Source of the DNA: Candidatus Collierbacteria bacterium
Lineage (GTDB): Bacteria; Patescibacteriota; Microgenomatia; UBA1400; JACPES01
Assembly: GCA_016219325.1 (NCBI GenBank)
Contig: JACRNH010000003.1
Location: 45,123-109,122, forward strand
DNA: 64,000 bases
Direction: 5' to 3'
In this document: in pieces, positions 31,338 through 41,169 of the stretch
Layout of the letters: each line of letters opens with the position of its first letter
Numbering within the stretch: the first letter of the stretch is position 1
Program-made: the position numbers and the translations under genes
The notes under the pieces: generated by a model
Seen by the model: the letters and a program-made list of their open reading frames with translations, nothing else
Told to the model about the DNA's origin: nothing
Databases searched by the model: none

Positions 31338-31826
31338 ATGATTATCTTAGGCATTGACCCCGGATTTGCCAGAATGGGATGGGGAGTAATCAGCAAAAAC
31401 GGCGCAAAATTTTCACTGGTAGCTTACGGATGTCTGGAGACTTCTGCCGATGTCGGTTTGCCAGACAGGTTGGAAATGATATTTGACGGGATTCTCAAAG
31501 TAATAAAGAAGTACAAGCCGGATTTGGTCGGCATAGAAACTCTTTTTTTTAACACTAACGCCAAAACCGCGGTCAAGGTAGGGGAGGCGAGGGGAGCGAT
31601 ATTGGTGGCGCTGAAAAAAGCCGGAATTAAATCAGCGGATCTGACTCCTCTTCAAGTGAAACAAGCTGTAGCTGGTTACGGCCGGGCGGAAAAATCTCAA
31701 GTCCAAAAAATGGTTAAGACCTTGTTAAATCTAAAAGAAATCCCCCATCCTGACGACGCCGCCGACGCTTTAGCCATCGCCCTCGCTGCTGGATCAATTG
31801 TAAAGTATCAGATACTTTACAACTAA
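31338..31826 (+). CDS. ruvC: Holliday junction resolvase RuvC
   Basis: ILGIDPG, E..FF, P.QVK.AV.GYG.A.K.QV, DDAADALAIA. Confidence 0.96.
   Translation: MIILGIDPGFARMGWGVISKNGAKFSLVAYGCLETSADVGLPDRLEMIFDGILKVIKKYKPDLVGIETLFFNTNAKTAVKVGEARGAILVALKKAGIKSADLTPLQVKQAVAGYGRAEKSQVQKMVKTLLNLKEIPHPDDAADALAIALAAGSIVKYQILYN
31799..31821. repeat. 23-bp palindrome copy 1 (TGTAAAGTATC-A-GATACTTTACA), in the ruvC 3' end
   Basis: Perfect inverted repeat, 25 nt downstream of the transposase stop. Confidence 0.9.
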
Positions 31827-32234
31827 TATTTGCAAATATAGTTCGTTTAATCTTCAGCATCAATCGCAACTGGACGAAGAAGCGTTGAATCTGAATTAGA
31901 AAATTGAGCCTCAACAAATTCGCGGTATTCAGTAGGTCTGTTTCTGAATAATCCAATAACAAACTTTGGCTTTGAAATAGAGAAAGGGGTTTTAGTCGGG
32001 AAGAGATAGTAGTCGTTAATATTGCTCCATTGCCAATTTTCCGGTTTGTTAACCAGTCCGGCCATGGTAGGGTTAATATGGATATATCTGGATACATGCA
32101 TGACTCGTTCGTCCGTATCTAGTTCTTTGATCTTAAACCTTCCCTGAAATAGCGGCCCAACTCGTTGATTATCGTGATTAAATTTATGAGCGTATGTTAT
32201 TCCAATCCGTTTCATGAATTCCGAGATTGGAGAC

Positions 32235-32257
32235 TGTAAAGTATCTGATACTTTACA
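32235..32257. repeat. 23-bp palindrome copy 2, in frame in the transposase (CKVSDTLQ)
   Basis: TGTAAAGTATC-T-GATACTTTACA. Confidence 0.9.
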
Positions 32258-32408
32258 GATGCGAATAAGGAAATGGAAATGGTTTGGCATTAAACAATAA
32301 GCCAGAAGTTCGATAATGTTTTTGAACATACCGTTGCCTTTAGGATCAGCTGTAAACGAAACAGGCTTATTTTTCATTCTCCAGCGCATCGAAAATGGCG
32401 ATTGATGC

Positions 32409-32431
32409 TGTAAGGTATCAGATACTTTACA
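32409..32431. repeat. 23-bp palindrome copy 3, in frame in the transposase (CKVSDTLQ)
   Basis: TGTAAGGTATC-A-GATACTTTACA (1 mismatch). Confidence 0.9.
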
Positions 32432-32586
32432 GTCAGGGAAGCCAATTAAAAAATAACGCAGAATTTCGCGGAAGTCAAAGTAGTCAGACTCCCTTTTGAA
32501 TATTTTCCGCCTATTTACCCCGCGGTTATAGACATGATAAATTCCGTTTTCGTGATAATCAGGCCTAATATACATATGTGGATAAG

Positions 32587-32609
32587 TGTAAAGTATCAGA
32601 TACTTTACA
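32587..32609. repeat. 23-bp palindrome copy 4, 11 nt upstream of the transposase ATG
   Basis: TGTAAAGTATC-A-GATACTTTACA. Confidence 0.9.
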
Positions 32610-32714
32610 AGAAGACAAGATGCGAGAACGTCTATCGGTTGGATAGAACTATCGGGTGAGTAGAATAAAGCGACCAGAATAATAATTTTACGAAATGTGG
32701 TATATTTGCTACAT

Positions 32715-33113
32715 ATGTCAGTAGACGAGTTACGGATAAGTTTAGCCGATGTCCTTGGGTCTAAGAAATGTAGCCAGGACCAGTGGATGATCGCACCGCA
32801 TCTTACAAAGTCCGGAAAAGACCTTAGAATTGCCACGTCTGTAAAAAATCATTTTGATAAGCTGCACCGAGAACAGCCTTTTAGAAGTTCGACATCAGCC
32901 CTTCGCGATGACCTTCGGCAATTAACGCTTACTGAAACAAACGTAATTTTAGATTCATTTGAATCTCTTAAGCCTGAAGAGTCTCAGAATCAATTATTAT
33001 ATCCAGCTTTCAGAGAAGTCATAATCGCCGCTCATGAGGCAGACGTAGTTGATAAACATCGACTATTGGGAAAATTTGCCGTTTCGCTTCTTCGATTGGT
33101 AGATAGCGAATAA
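32715..33113 (+). CDS. Hypothetical protein
   Basis: ORF of about 132 aa between the transposase and ruvA; no motif recognised. Confidence 0.55.
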   Translation: MSVDELRISLADVLGSKKCSQDQWMIAPHLTKSGKDLRIATSVKNHFDKLHREQPFRSSTSALRDDLRQLTLTETNVILDSFESLKPEESQNQLLYPAFREVIIAAHEADVVDKHRLLGKFAVSLLRLVDSE

Positions 33114-33149
33114 GCAGTAATTTCAGTTGGATTTTGTTATACTTGAATC

Positions 33150-33719
33150 GTGATAGGGTTCCTTTCGGGAAAACTGCTTGAGTCTGATTTAAACACTATA
33201 ATTATTGATGTTTCGGGAGTGGGATATTTGGTTCATCCCTCAGCTTCTGTTTTCGGAAAAAATTTATCTGTTGGGGATAAAATTAATTTACCGGTTTATA
33301 CCCATGTCCGTGAAGATCAAATTACTTTATTCGGATTTTCATCAAAAGCAGAGTTAGACTTATTTAAGCAATTGCTGACAGTTTCCGGAGTCGGTCCGAA
33401 ATCGGCACTGACAATTATCGGCAGCGGCACAGCTCCTGAAATTAAATCAGCCGTTTCTAACGCCGATGTGGATTTTTTCCAATCAATTTCCGGAATCGGC
33501 AAAAAAACTGCCCAGAGGATAATTATTGATCTGAAAAGTAAAATCGGTGAAACCAAAGAATTGGATTTGTCATCAACTGACATCAAACATCGGAAAGATT
33601 TGTTGTCTGCCCTAAAAACAATGGGAATTACTGCCGATGAGGTCAAAGACGTGATCAAAAATATTGACGCTAATTTGCCGATTCAGGAGCAGATCAGACT
33701 GGCGCTAAAAAGAATATGA
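33150..33719 (+). CDS. ruvA: Holliday junction branch migration protein RuvA
   Basis: MIGFLSG, GVGY, HVRED...[24 protein letters not shown]. Confidence 0.97.
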   Translation: MIGFLSGKLLESDLNTIIIDVSGVGYLVHPSASVFGKNLSVGDKINLPVYTHVREDQITLFGFSSKAELDLFKQLLTVSGVGPKSALTIIGSGTAPEIKSAVSNADVDFFQSISGIGKKTAQRIIIDLKSKIGETKELDLSSTDIKHRKDLLSALKTMGITADEVKDVIKNIDANLPIQEQIRLALKRI

Positions 33720-34741
33720 AAGATCAGAAAACAGAGAGCAGAGAACAAAAAGCAGAAGAAATTTTTGATTCATCTCTCCGTCCGAGCAAATTTGACGAAT
33801 TTACCGGTCAGTCACGGGTAATTGAGAATTTAAAGGTTACAATTGAGGCGGCTAAAAACCGCAAAGAGCCTTTGGATCATTTGCTTTTATACGGACCTCC
33901 GGGGTTGGGAAAAACTACTCTTGCCCATATTATCGCGGCTGAAATGGGAGTGAATATCCGAATAACTTCAGGTCCGGCCATTGAAAGATCAGGCGATTTA
34001 GCCAGTATTTTAACCAATTTACAAGAGGGAGACATTTTATTTATTGATGAAGTCCACCGCTTGCATAAAGTTGTTGAGGAAATGCTTTATCCGGCAATGG
34101 AGGATTTCGCCTTGGATATTATTTTAGGAAAAGGTCCGTCTGCCCGGACCGTCAGGCTGGATCTGCCGAAGTTTACTTTAATCGGAGCCACCACCAGAGT
34201 CGGTTTGATCGGATCGCCGATGAGGGACAGATTTGGGATTATCCACCGCCTGAATTTTTATGAAGATGAGGAATTGTGCCATATTGTTAAGCGTTCATCT
34301 AGGCTATTGAAAATGGAAGTAGATCAAGAATCTGCTCTGGAAGTTGCCAAAAGAAGCAGGGGTACTCCCAGAATTGCCAATAGGCTTTTAAAACGTTCGC
34401 GTGATTTCAGCCAAGTCAGATTTAAGGGGCTGCTAAACAGAAATGTGGTTGACAAGGCTTTGCAATTAATGGGGGTGGATTTATTGGGATTGGATGAATC
34501 CGACAGAAGGATTTTATCGGCCATCATCAATAAACATGGCGGCGGACCGGTAGGAGTAGAAACGATTGCAGCCACAGCCCATGAAGACATCGGAACGATC
34601 GAAGATGTGTTTGAGCCGTTCCTGATGCAAATTGGATTTTTAAAACGGACTCCGCGGGGCAGGGTGGCGACAAAAAAAGCTTACCAACATCTTGGTTTAT
34701 CTTATCCTCAATCTGGCACAGGGCAGGAATCGTTGCTTTAA
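33716..34741 (+). CDS. ruvB: Holliday junction helicase RuvB
   Basis: [45 protein letters not shown]. Confidence 0.98.
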   Translation: MKDQKTESREQKAEEIFDSSLRPSKFDEFTGQSRVIENLKVTIEAAKNRKEPLDHLLLYGPPGLGKTTLAHIIAAEMGVNIRITSGPAIERSGDLASILTNLQEGDILFIDEVHRLHKVVEEMLYPAMEDFALDIILGKGPSARTVRLDLPKFTLIGATTRVGLIGSPMRDRFGIIHRLNFYEDEELCHIVKRSSRLLKMEVDQESALEVAKRSRGTPRIANRLLKRSRDFSQVRFKGLLNRNVVDKALQLMGVDLLGLDESDRRILSAIINKHGGGPVGVETIAATAHEDIGTIEDVFEPFLMQIGFLKRTPRGRVATKKAYQHLGLSYPQSGTGQESLL

Positions 34742-34819
34742 TGTCATTCCCGCGAAAGCGGGAATCTATATAAATAATTATCTTATCTACATAGATTCCG
34801 TGTCGAGCACGGAATGACA
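34742..34819. repeat. REP/RPE-like palindromic element (GTCATT family)
   Basis: TGTCATTCCCGCGAAAGCGGGAATCTA...TAGATTCCGTGTCGAGCACGGAATGACA. Confidence 0.9.
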
Positions 34820-34827
34820 ATGACAAT

Positions 34828-35783
34828 ATGAAGTTATTTATTAAGCTATTAGTCACTATTTGTATTTTAGGAGCGCTTAAGCCAGAACCAATATTTGCAG
34901 CCGCGGAAAATAAACTTGGGATTCATATTCTGGAGACGGAAGAATTAGGCGAAGTGTCCAAGCTTTTCCCGGATGGCGGCTATATAACCGTTCCGGTAAG
35001 ATTGGACCAGCTGGAGGCATCAAAGTGGCAAAAATTTTTTGACGAGTCGGATAAATTTCGGTTTATTCCGATAATTAGATTTGCGACCAGCCACAACGGA
35101 AAATATTGGGAACGGCCGACAAAACGCGATATCGTAAATTTTGCCGATTTCTTCTCCAAGCTTGATTGGCACAGGCAGGAGTTAATTGTGATCGCCTTTA
35201 ATGAACCAAATCACGCTCCGGAATGGGGCGGAAAAGTTGACCCGGATAATTACGGCCAAAGCCTGACTTTTCTGGTTAATTGGTTTGCGACAGAACCGAA
35301 AAAATATTTAGTTCTTCCGGCGGCCCTTGACGCTGCTGCTTCCAATACTGACACGACTATGAGTTCAAATTTATTTCTTGACAAGTTGCTATCTAAATTC
35401 CCCGCAACAATTAATAGCCTTTCCGGCTGGAACAGTCATGCTTATCCCAATCCCGGATTTACCGGCCGGCCGGTTGATTATCATAAAATGAGCGTTAGGT
35501 CTTATCAATTCGAACTGGAAACTATTAAGAAAAGAATTGGAAAGGACTTGTCTGTTTATATCACTGAAACAGGCTGGGATAATACCAAAAAGAATGACAG
35601 TTTGATCGCCGGATATTTTAAGTTTGCTTACGAAAATATCTGGTACCCTGACAGAAAAGTGGCGGCGGTAACCCCATTTTTATTCAACGCCCAAACGATG
35701 CCTTTTTCCGCCTTTTCTCTTCTGGATGATAACGAAAAACCGACAATGGTTTATGAGATGATACAGAAATTAGGAAAGGAATT

Positions 35784-35787
<4 letters not shown>
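34828..35787 (+). CDS. Secreted glycoside-hydrolase-like protein (clan GH-A type)
   Basis: Signal peptide; FNEPNH..EWG (acid/base) and VYITETGW (nucleophile). Confidence 0.7.
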
Positions 35788-36202
<415 letters not shown>

Positions 36203-36916
36203 ATGATATACATTTTGCATGGTGACAATATTGACGCCAGCCGGAAATCGTTTATTGAGACGATTGCTGAATTAAAAGCCGGCGGAATTGAAGAAGTCGT
36301 TAGATTAAACGGAGCAGAAATTGTCCAGTCCGATTTAATCCAGGCCTTAGAATCGCAAAGTCTTTTTGGCGGCGATAGAATTGTAGCTATAGAAGGCATA
36401 TTTTCCCGCCGCGTTTCCAAAGAGAAAGAAGCATTGTTAATATATATTTCTTCGCAACTCGCAACTGGCAATTCGCAATTAGCCCTTTTATTGTGGGAAG
36501 GAAAAAAGATTTTAGCAACCGGATTAAAAAAATTTACAGGTAAGCCTGGTGTGGAGATTAAAGAATTTAAATTGCCGCGGCTTTTATATACTTTTTTGGA
36601 CCGGATTTATCCCAAAAACGGGAAATCGGCTTCCGTCATATTTAATCAACTGATAGCCGAAGAGCCGGTTGAATTAGTTTTTTATTGGATGGTAAAACGG
36701 ATAACGGAATTGATTCTGGAAAATTCGCCATCAGGATCCGGCGGCGGTTATGACGATTGGAGAAGGCAAAAATTAATGGATCAGGCGTCAAGGTGGACCG
36801 AAAAAAGTTTAATTAATTTTCATAAAAAATTAACAGAAATTGATGAAGCCGTTAAAACCGGCTCCACCCCATCGGATTTATCATCCCACCTTGACATTGC
36901 CTTGTTAAGTTTGTAG
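36203..36916 (+). CDS. holA: DNA polymerase III delta subunit (HolA-like, short form)
   Basis: MIYILHGD, SLFG..RIV.IE, WEGK, F.FLD, L..ID..VKTG. Confidence 0.75.
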   Translation: MIYILHGDNIDASRKSFIETIAELKAGGIEEVVRLNGAEIVQSDLIQALESQSLFGGDRIVAIEGIFSRRVSKEKEALLIYISSQLATGNSQLALLLWEGKKILATGLKKFTGKPGVEIKEFKLPRLLYTFLDRIYPKNGKSASVIFNQLIAEEPVELVFYWMVKRITELILENSPSGSGGGYDDWRRQKLMDQASRWTEKSLINFHKKLTEIDEAVKTGSTPSDLSSHLDIALLSL

Positions 36917-36919
36917 TAT
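36891..36919 (+). promoter_or_regulatory. Sigma70-like promoter for the phosphomannomutase gene
   Basis: TTGACA-N17-TAGTAT ending 10 nt before ATG 36930. Confidence 0.5.
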
Positions 36920-36929
36920 TTAGGTCTTC

Positions 36930-38270
36930 ATGAAAATTGATCCTTCGATTTTCAAGGCATACGATATCAGAGGAGTTTACCCCACTCAGTTGGACGAGAA
37001 GATTGCATATTTAGTCGGGCGGAGCTTTGCTGTTTTCCTGAAGCCTAAAAAAGTCATTGTCGGACGGGATATGAGATTGTCCGGTCCTGTCCTGAAAAAG
37101 AATTTAATTGCCGGTTTAATTGATCAGGGAGTTGATGTAATTGACGTTGGAATGGTATCCACAGACGCTTACTATTTTACATGCACAAAATTGGGAATTC
37201 CCGGGATTATGGTGACTGCTTCCCATAATCCGAAAGAGTTTAATGGATTTAAAATGGTCAGAAAGATGCCGTATTTGTTGAGCGGCGATGAAGGGATTCA
37301 GGACATCAGAAAATTGGTTGAAAATGGTAAATTTTCCAAAGTAATCAAAAAAGGGGAAGTTGAAAAACGCGATTATACAGATCAATTTATCAACAAGGTT
37401 TTATCATTTATTAATCCCTCCGAAATTAAACCCTTAAAAATTATTGCCGATACAGCCAATGGAATGGTGGGTCCGTTTTTAACTAAACTTTATAAAAATC
37501 TGCCGGTTAAACTAAAAATAATTTACGGAAAACCCGACGGAAATCTTCCCAACCACGGTTTGGATCCTTTGATGCCGGAAAATAGGGTAAAAATTGAAAA
37601 ACTGATTGTATCGGAAAAAGCCGATTTGGGGTTTATGTTTGACGGAGACGGAGACCGTTTTTTTGTCATTGACGACAGGGGAAAATTCGTTTCAGGAGAT
37701 TTTTTAACCGCGCTTTTGGGTAAATATTTATTGGAGAAATATCCTAGGTCTAAAATTATTTATGATATCAGGGCATCCTGGGCGGTGCCGGATTTAATCG
37801 CCGAAAATGGCGGAAAGTCCATGTTTGAAAGAGTCGGCCACGCGTTTATAAAACGGAGAATGGCCGATGAAAATGGTTTATTCGCCGGCGAAATTACAGG
37901 GCATTATTATTTCCGGGATTTTAATTATTCGGATTCAGGATTGATTCCGTCTTTGCTGGTTTTGGAAATGTTGTCCCGAAAAAAAGTTAAAATGTCGGAT
38001 TTGCTAAAACCTTTGGAAGAAAAATATTTTATATCCGGAGAAATAAATTCCAAAGTTGCCGACCCGCTGTCTAAGATTAAACAATTAACTCAAAAATATA
38101 AAGACGGGCAGCAGAATATGCTGGACGGAATAACTGTTTTCTATAAAGATTGGCATTTTAACGTCAGAATTTCAAATACAGAATCTTTATTGCGGCTTAA
38201 TTTAGACGCTAAATCAAAGTCTTTAATGGAAGAAAAGCGCGATGAAATTTTAGCCCTCATCCGTTCTTAA
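36930..38270 (+). CDS. Phosphomannomutase/phosphoglucomutase
   Basis: FKAYDIRG, TASHNP, FDGDGDR, GE.TGH.YF, R.SNTE. Confidence 0.95.
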   Translation: MKIDPSIFKAYDIRGVYPTQLDEKIAYLVGRSFAVFLKPKKVIVGRDMRLSGPVLKKNLIAGLIDQGVDVIDVGMVSTDAYYFTCTKLGIPGIMVTASHNPKEFNGFKMVRKMPYLLSGDEGIQDIRKLVENGKFSKVIKKGEVEKRDYTDQFINKVLSFINPSEIKPLKIIADTANGMVGPFLTKLYKNLPVKLKIIYGKPDGNLPNHGLDPLMPENRVKIEKLIVSEKADLGFMFDGDGDRFFVIDDRGKFVSGDFLTALLGKYLLEKYPRSKIIYDIRASWAVPDLIAENGGKSMFERVGHAFIKRRMADENGLFAGEITGHYYFRDFNYSDSGLIPSLLVLEMLSRKKVKMSDLLKPLEEKYFISGEINSKVADPLSKIKQLTQKYKDGQQNMLDGITVFYKDWHFNVRISNTESLLRLNLDAKSKSLMEEKRDEILALIRS

Positions 38271-38375
38271 AAGAAAAATTAATTTTTTCTTTCCGATAAT
38301 TATTTTGACTAAATAATTATCTGGGCTAATAGCCAATTATCTGATAACTCAAAAATTAATTTCAAAATAGTAATT

Positions 38376-38401
38376 TATAAAATGTTGTACTACATTTTAT
38401 A
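38376..38401. repeat. Palindrome immediately after the stop of the TrpR-like gene
   Basis: TATAAAATGT-TGTACT-ACATTTTATA. Confidence 0.85.
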
Positions 38402-38402
38402 T

Positions 38403-38852
38403 TTAGAAGGGTACCTCGGTTTTTTCTACTTTTTCCCATTGTCTTCTTCGCTGACTTTTCCAATTAGTCGGTCCAAACCATAAAGCAGAGCTTTCGGTAT
38501 CCTGAAGCGCCGATAGATGGGCAACCTCTTTGGCGGCATCTTCTTGAATTATAGATTCAAGTAAAGACCGATACCCGCTTCCTTTTACTTCTAACCAGGT
38601 TTTAACCCTGTAGATAGTTGGAAATGACACTTTTAATTTATCTGAAATTTCGCGGGCACCAACGTGTTTTAAAAGCATTAAAGCAACACCGATTCATTTT
38701 GAAATCATAATTTTTTCCGTACCAGTTAATAAATCATCAACAAAGTCAGCGGCTAAAGATGCTTGAGCGCACCTATTAATACAGTCAACAAGAAGAGACT
38801 GTAATTTTTCTTTTACTTCAGGTTTAATATATTGGACAGAAACTTGAGCCAT
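38403..38852 (-). pseudogene. TrpR-like (YerC/YecD-type) HTH protein with an internal TGA
   Basis: MAQVS...DFVDDLLTGTEKIMISK*IGVALMLL....REISDKLKVSFPTIYRV..WL...GSGY. TGA at 38694-38696 (codon 53) falls where the family has a conserved Arg. Confidence 0.78.
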
Positions 38853-38880
38853 ATATAAAATGTCGTACTACATTTTATAT
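38853..38880. repeat. Palindrome immediately before the ATG of the TrpR-like gene
   Basis: ATATAAAATGT-CGTACT-ACATTTTATAT; 25/26 identical to 38376-38401. Confidence 0.85.
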
Positions 38881-39019
38881 TAGTTGTAAAGTGGAGCGCT
38901 GTCTGTTCTTGCGTTGAAATTACAAAGATTGCAGAGATTGCAAAGTTGGCAGATGCTGATATGATAGAAAAACCAAGATATATTTTTCATAAATCCTATT
39001 CATTTTCATTAAACATAAT

Positions 39020-40096
39020 ATGAGTTTTAACATTTTAGATTCCCGGGAAGAGATTGCCAAAGTTGATTTGGGAAACGTGCTGGGGTCGGTTGAGGCTTTA
39101 CCGCAACAATGTCTGGACGCTTGGGAAATGTCTCAAAATATTTCTATTCCCGATTCCTACAAACAAATTGAGAATATGGTGATGTGCGGAATGGGAGGGT
39201 CCGGACTTGGGGCGAGAGTAATAGAGTCTGTTTATTCTGCAAAACTAAAAATTCCGTTAATCCGCGTCAACGGGTACGATCTGCCGGCGTTTGCCAATGA
39301 AAGAAGTTTAATTTCCTGTTCCAGTTACTCCGGATCAACCGAAGAAACGATTCAAAACGCCAATCAGGCGATAGCTAAAAATCTCAAATGGATGGGTATA
39401 GGCACCGGCGGAAAATTATTAGAATTAGCGGAGAAACATAATGTTCCATTTTATAAAATAGTTCCGAAATTTAATCCTTCCAACCAGCCGCGGATGGCAA
39501 TCGGCTATTCCGTGATCGGCCAATTGGCGCTGGCGGCTCATGCCGGAATTGTCTCAATTGATAAAAAAGAAATTAAGGAAATAGCGGATGTGATGTCAGA
39601 AGCAATTGATAAAACAAAAGTCGAGGTTCCTGAAAATTCAAACTCCTCCAAGAAATTGGCTTTAGCCATGAAAGGTAAAATTATTGTTTATGTTGCCGGA
39701 GAACACCTAACCGGTCCGGTACATGTGGCAAATAATCAATTAAACGAGAATGCCAAAAATGTATCTTTTGATTTTCAGATTCCGGAACTCAATCATCATT
39801 TAATGGAAGGGCTTAAGCATCCGGAAACCAATCCCAAAGACATTTTATTTGTTTTTGCTTTTTCCAAACTTTATTCTGAAAGAGTTCAAAAAAGATTTGA
39901 GTTGACTAAACAGGTGGTGGAGAAAAACGGCATCGGCACATTTTCAATTGAACTTAATTCTTCTTCGAAATTATCACAGGCATTTGAGCTGATTCAGCTC
40001 GGAGCTTACGCCAATTTTTATCTTTCAGTTCTCTATGGCCAAAATGCTGCCCCCATCCCTTGGGTTGACTGGTTTAAAGACCAGATGGCGAAGTAA
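39020..40096 (+). CDS. Bifunctional phosphoglucose/phosphomannose isomerase (SIS domain)
   Basis: GMGGSG, SSYSG.TEET, QPRMA.GY, NQLNENAK, PELNHH. Confidence 0.92.
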   Translation: MSFNILDSREEIAKVDLGNVLGSVEALPQQCLDAWEMSQNISIPDSYKQIENMVMCGMGGSGLGARVIESVYSAKLKIPLIRVNGYDLPAFANERSLISCSSYSGSTEETIQNANQAIAKNLKWMGIGTGGKLLELAEKHNVPFYKIVPKFNPSNQPRMAIGYSVIGQLALAAHAGIVSIDKKEIKEIADVMSEAIDKTKVEVPENSNSSKKLALAMKGKIIVYVAGEHLTGPVHVANNQLNENAKNVSFDFQIPELNHHLMEGLKHPETNPKDILFVFAFSKLYSERVQKRFELTKQVVEKNGIGTFSIELNSSSKLSQAFELIQLGAYANFYLSVLYGQNAAPIPWVDWFKDQMAK

Positions 40097-41030
40097 ATTT
40101 CCTGAATAATTTAAGGTCGGTTTTAACCACTGAATTCCAACCGGGGGTTAAGTTGTGGTCGGCTCCGGGATATTGATAGAGTACGGCATCTTTCTTCAGC
40201 GACTGTAAATTGCTGATTAGATCCATAGACCATTTCCACGGGACCGCTTCGTCGCCGGTGCCCTGATGAACAATCAGCGGAGTTTCTATCCGGTCAAGAT
40301 AATTGGTCGGGGAAAACAGTTCCGGATCATAAATTGACTCAAAATCGGCAATAACTTTCCGCAGGTATTTTCCGTGGTCGTCTGAATCATCCGTATAGTA
40401 AAGAATTGAATAAGGAAAAGGTTTGGAGACCGGGGCCCAAAAAGTAGCCGCCTTAAATTTATTGGTGACAGCCAGAACGGAAAGCCCGATCTGCCCGCCA
40501 TTGGAATGCCCCCATAAAAATATATTTCCCGTATCCGCCACTTGCAGATTGGAAATTGATGCTAATAATTGGAGAACGGTTGCCGGTTTGATCAGGCGGG
40601 ACTCAATTTCGTTTTCCGGTTCCGGATCCGAACTGCCGAACCCCAAAAAATCCGGAGCTAAAGTTATAAATCCGTTGCCGGCGAAAAACTCAGCCGCTCT
40701 TTGGGTTCCGATTCCGGGCTTATAGATTTCTTTGTCGACATATCCCCGCAGCATAATTATCACCGGACATTTTTGTTTAGAAGAAGAACCGTAGCCAACC
40801 GGAATGTTGGCAGTTCCGCTGACCAAGCCTTCTTGGGTATCAAATGTAAATTGGCCGTCTGTCAGAGAGATAGCCTTGGGGGTAAAAACGGATTGTTTCA
40901 AACCGTCAAATGAATATTTAAGCAAAGGCCGTGGGATTGTGGTTGGAGCTGAGGATAAGGGGGACAGGGACAGTCCTCCGATCAGCATCCCAATGACAAA
41001 TAAACAAAACAAGAGAAAGTATTGTTTCAT
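40074..41030 (-). CDS. Secreted alpha/beta hydrolase (S9 peptidase-like)
   Basis: WGHSNGG nucleophile elbow, HQGTGDEAVP, YPGADHN; N-terminal signal/TM. Confidence 0.88.
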   Translation of the reverse strand: MKQYFLLFCLFVIGMLIGGLSLSPLSSAPTTIPRPLLKYSFDGLKQSVFTPKAISLTDGQFTFDTQEGLVSGTANIPVGYGSSSKQKCPVIIMLRGYVDKEIYKPGIGTQRAAEFFAGNGFITLAPDFLGFGSSDPEPENEIESRLIKPATVLQLLASISNLQVADTGNIFLWGHSNGGQIGLSVLAVTNKFKAATFWAPVSKPFPYSILYYTDDSDDHGKYLRKVIADFESIYDPELFSPTNYLDRIETPLIVHQGTGDEAVPWKWSMDLISNLQSLKKDAVLYQYPGADHNLTPGWNSVVKTDLKLFRKFTSPSGL

Positions 41031-41062
41031 TTTTTTCTTAAGCATTAAGTATACAGCTTTCA

Positions 41063-41125
41063 TTGTCATTCCTGCGAAAGCAGGAATCTATTTAAATAGA
41101 TTCCGGATCAAGTCCGGAATGACAA
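41063..41125. repeat. REP/RPE-like palindromic element (GTCATT family)
   Basis: TTGTCATTCCTGCGAAAGCAGGAATCTATTTAAATAGATTCCGGATCAAGTCCGGAATGACAA. Confidence 0.9.
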
Positions 41126-41169
41126 AATCGAGATTGAACTTTGGAATCTAATAAGGTATTCTAAATACA

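Larger units (their letters stand above)
31847..32575 (-). mobile_element. REP-associated tyrosine transposase (RAYT / IS200-like Y1 HUH transposase)
   Basis: YHVYNRG...IF....D, AYCLMPNHFH (HUH), Y...FN....RVGPLFQGRFK, RYIHINP (catalytic Tyr), W.WS. Start placed at MYIRP (32575). Confidence 0.9.

Noticed and set aside
31799-32609. Four 23-bp palindromic repeats as a CRISPR array
   Set aside because: Spacers are about 150-410 nt, irregular and protein-coding; no cas genes in the window.
32576-32836. 87-aa N-terminal extension of the transposase in the ORF track
   Set aside because: It runs through the flanking palindrome and is antisense to the next ORF; family similarity starts at MYIRP (32575).
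38694-38696. TGA read-through (genetic code 25 or 4, or selenocysteine)
   Set aside because: TGA terminates gatB, atpC, ruvA and the oxidoreductase alpha gene at their expected ends, and the expected residue here is Arg.
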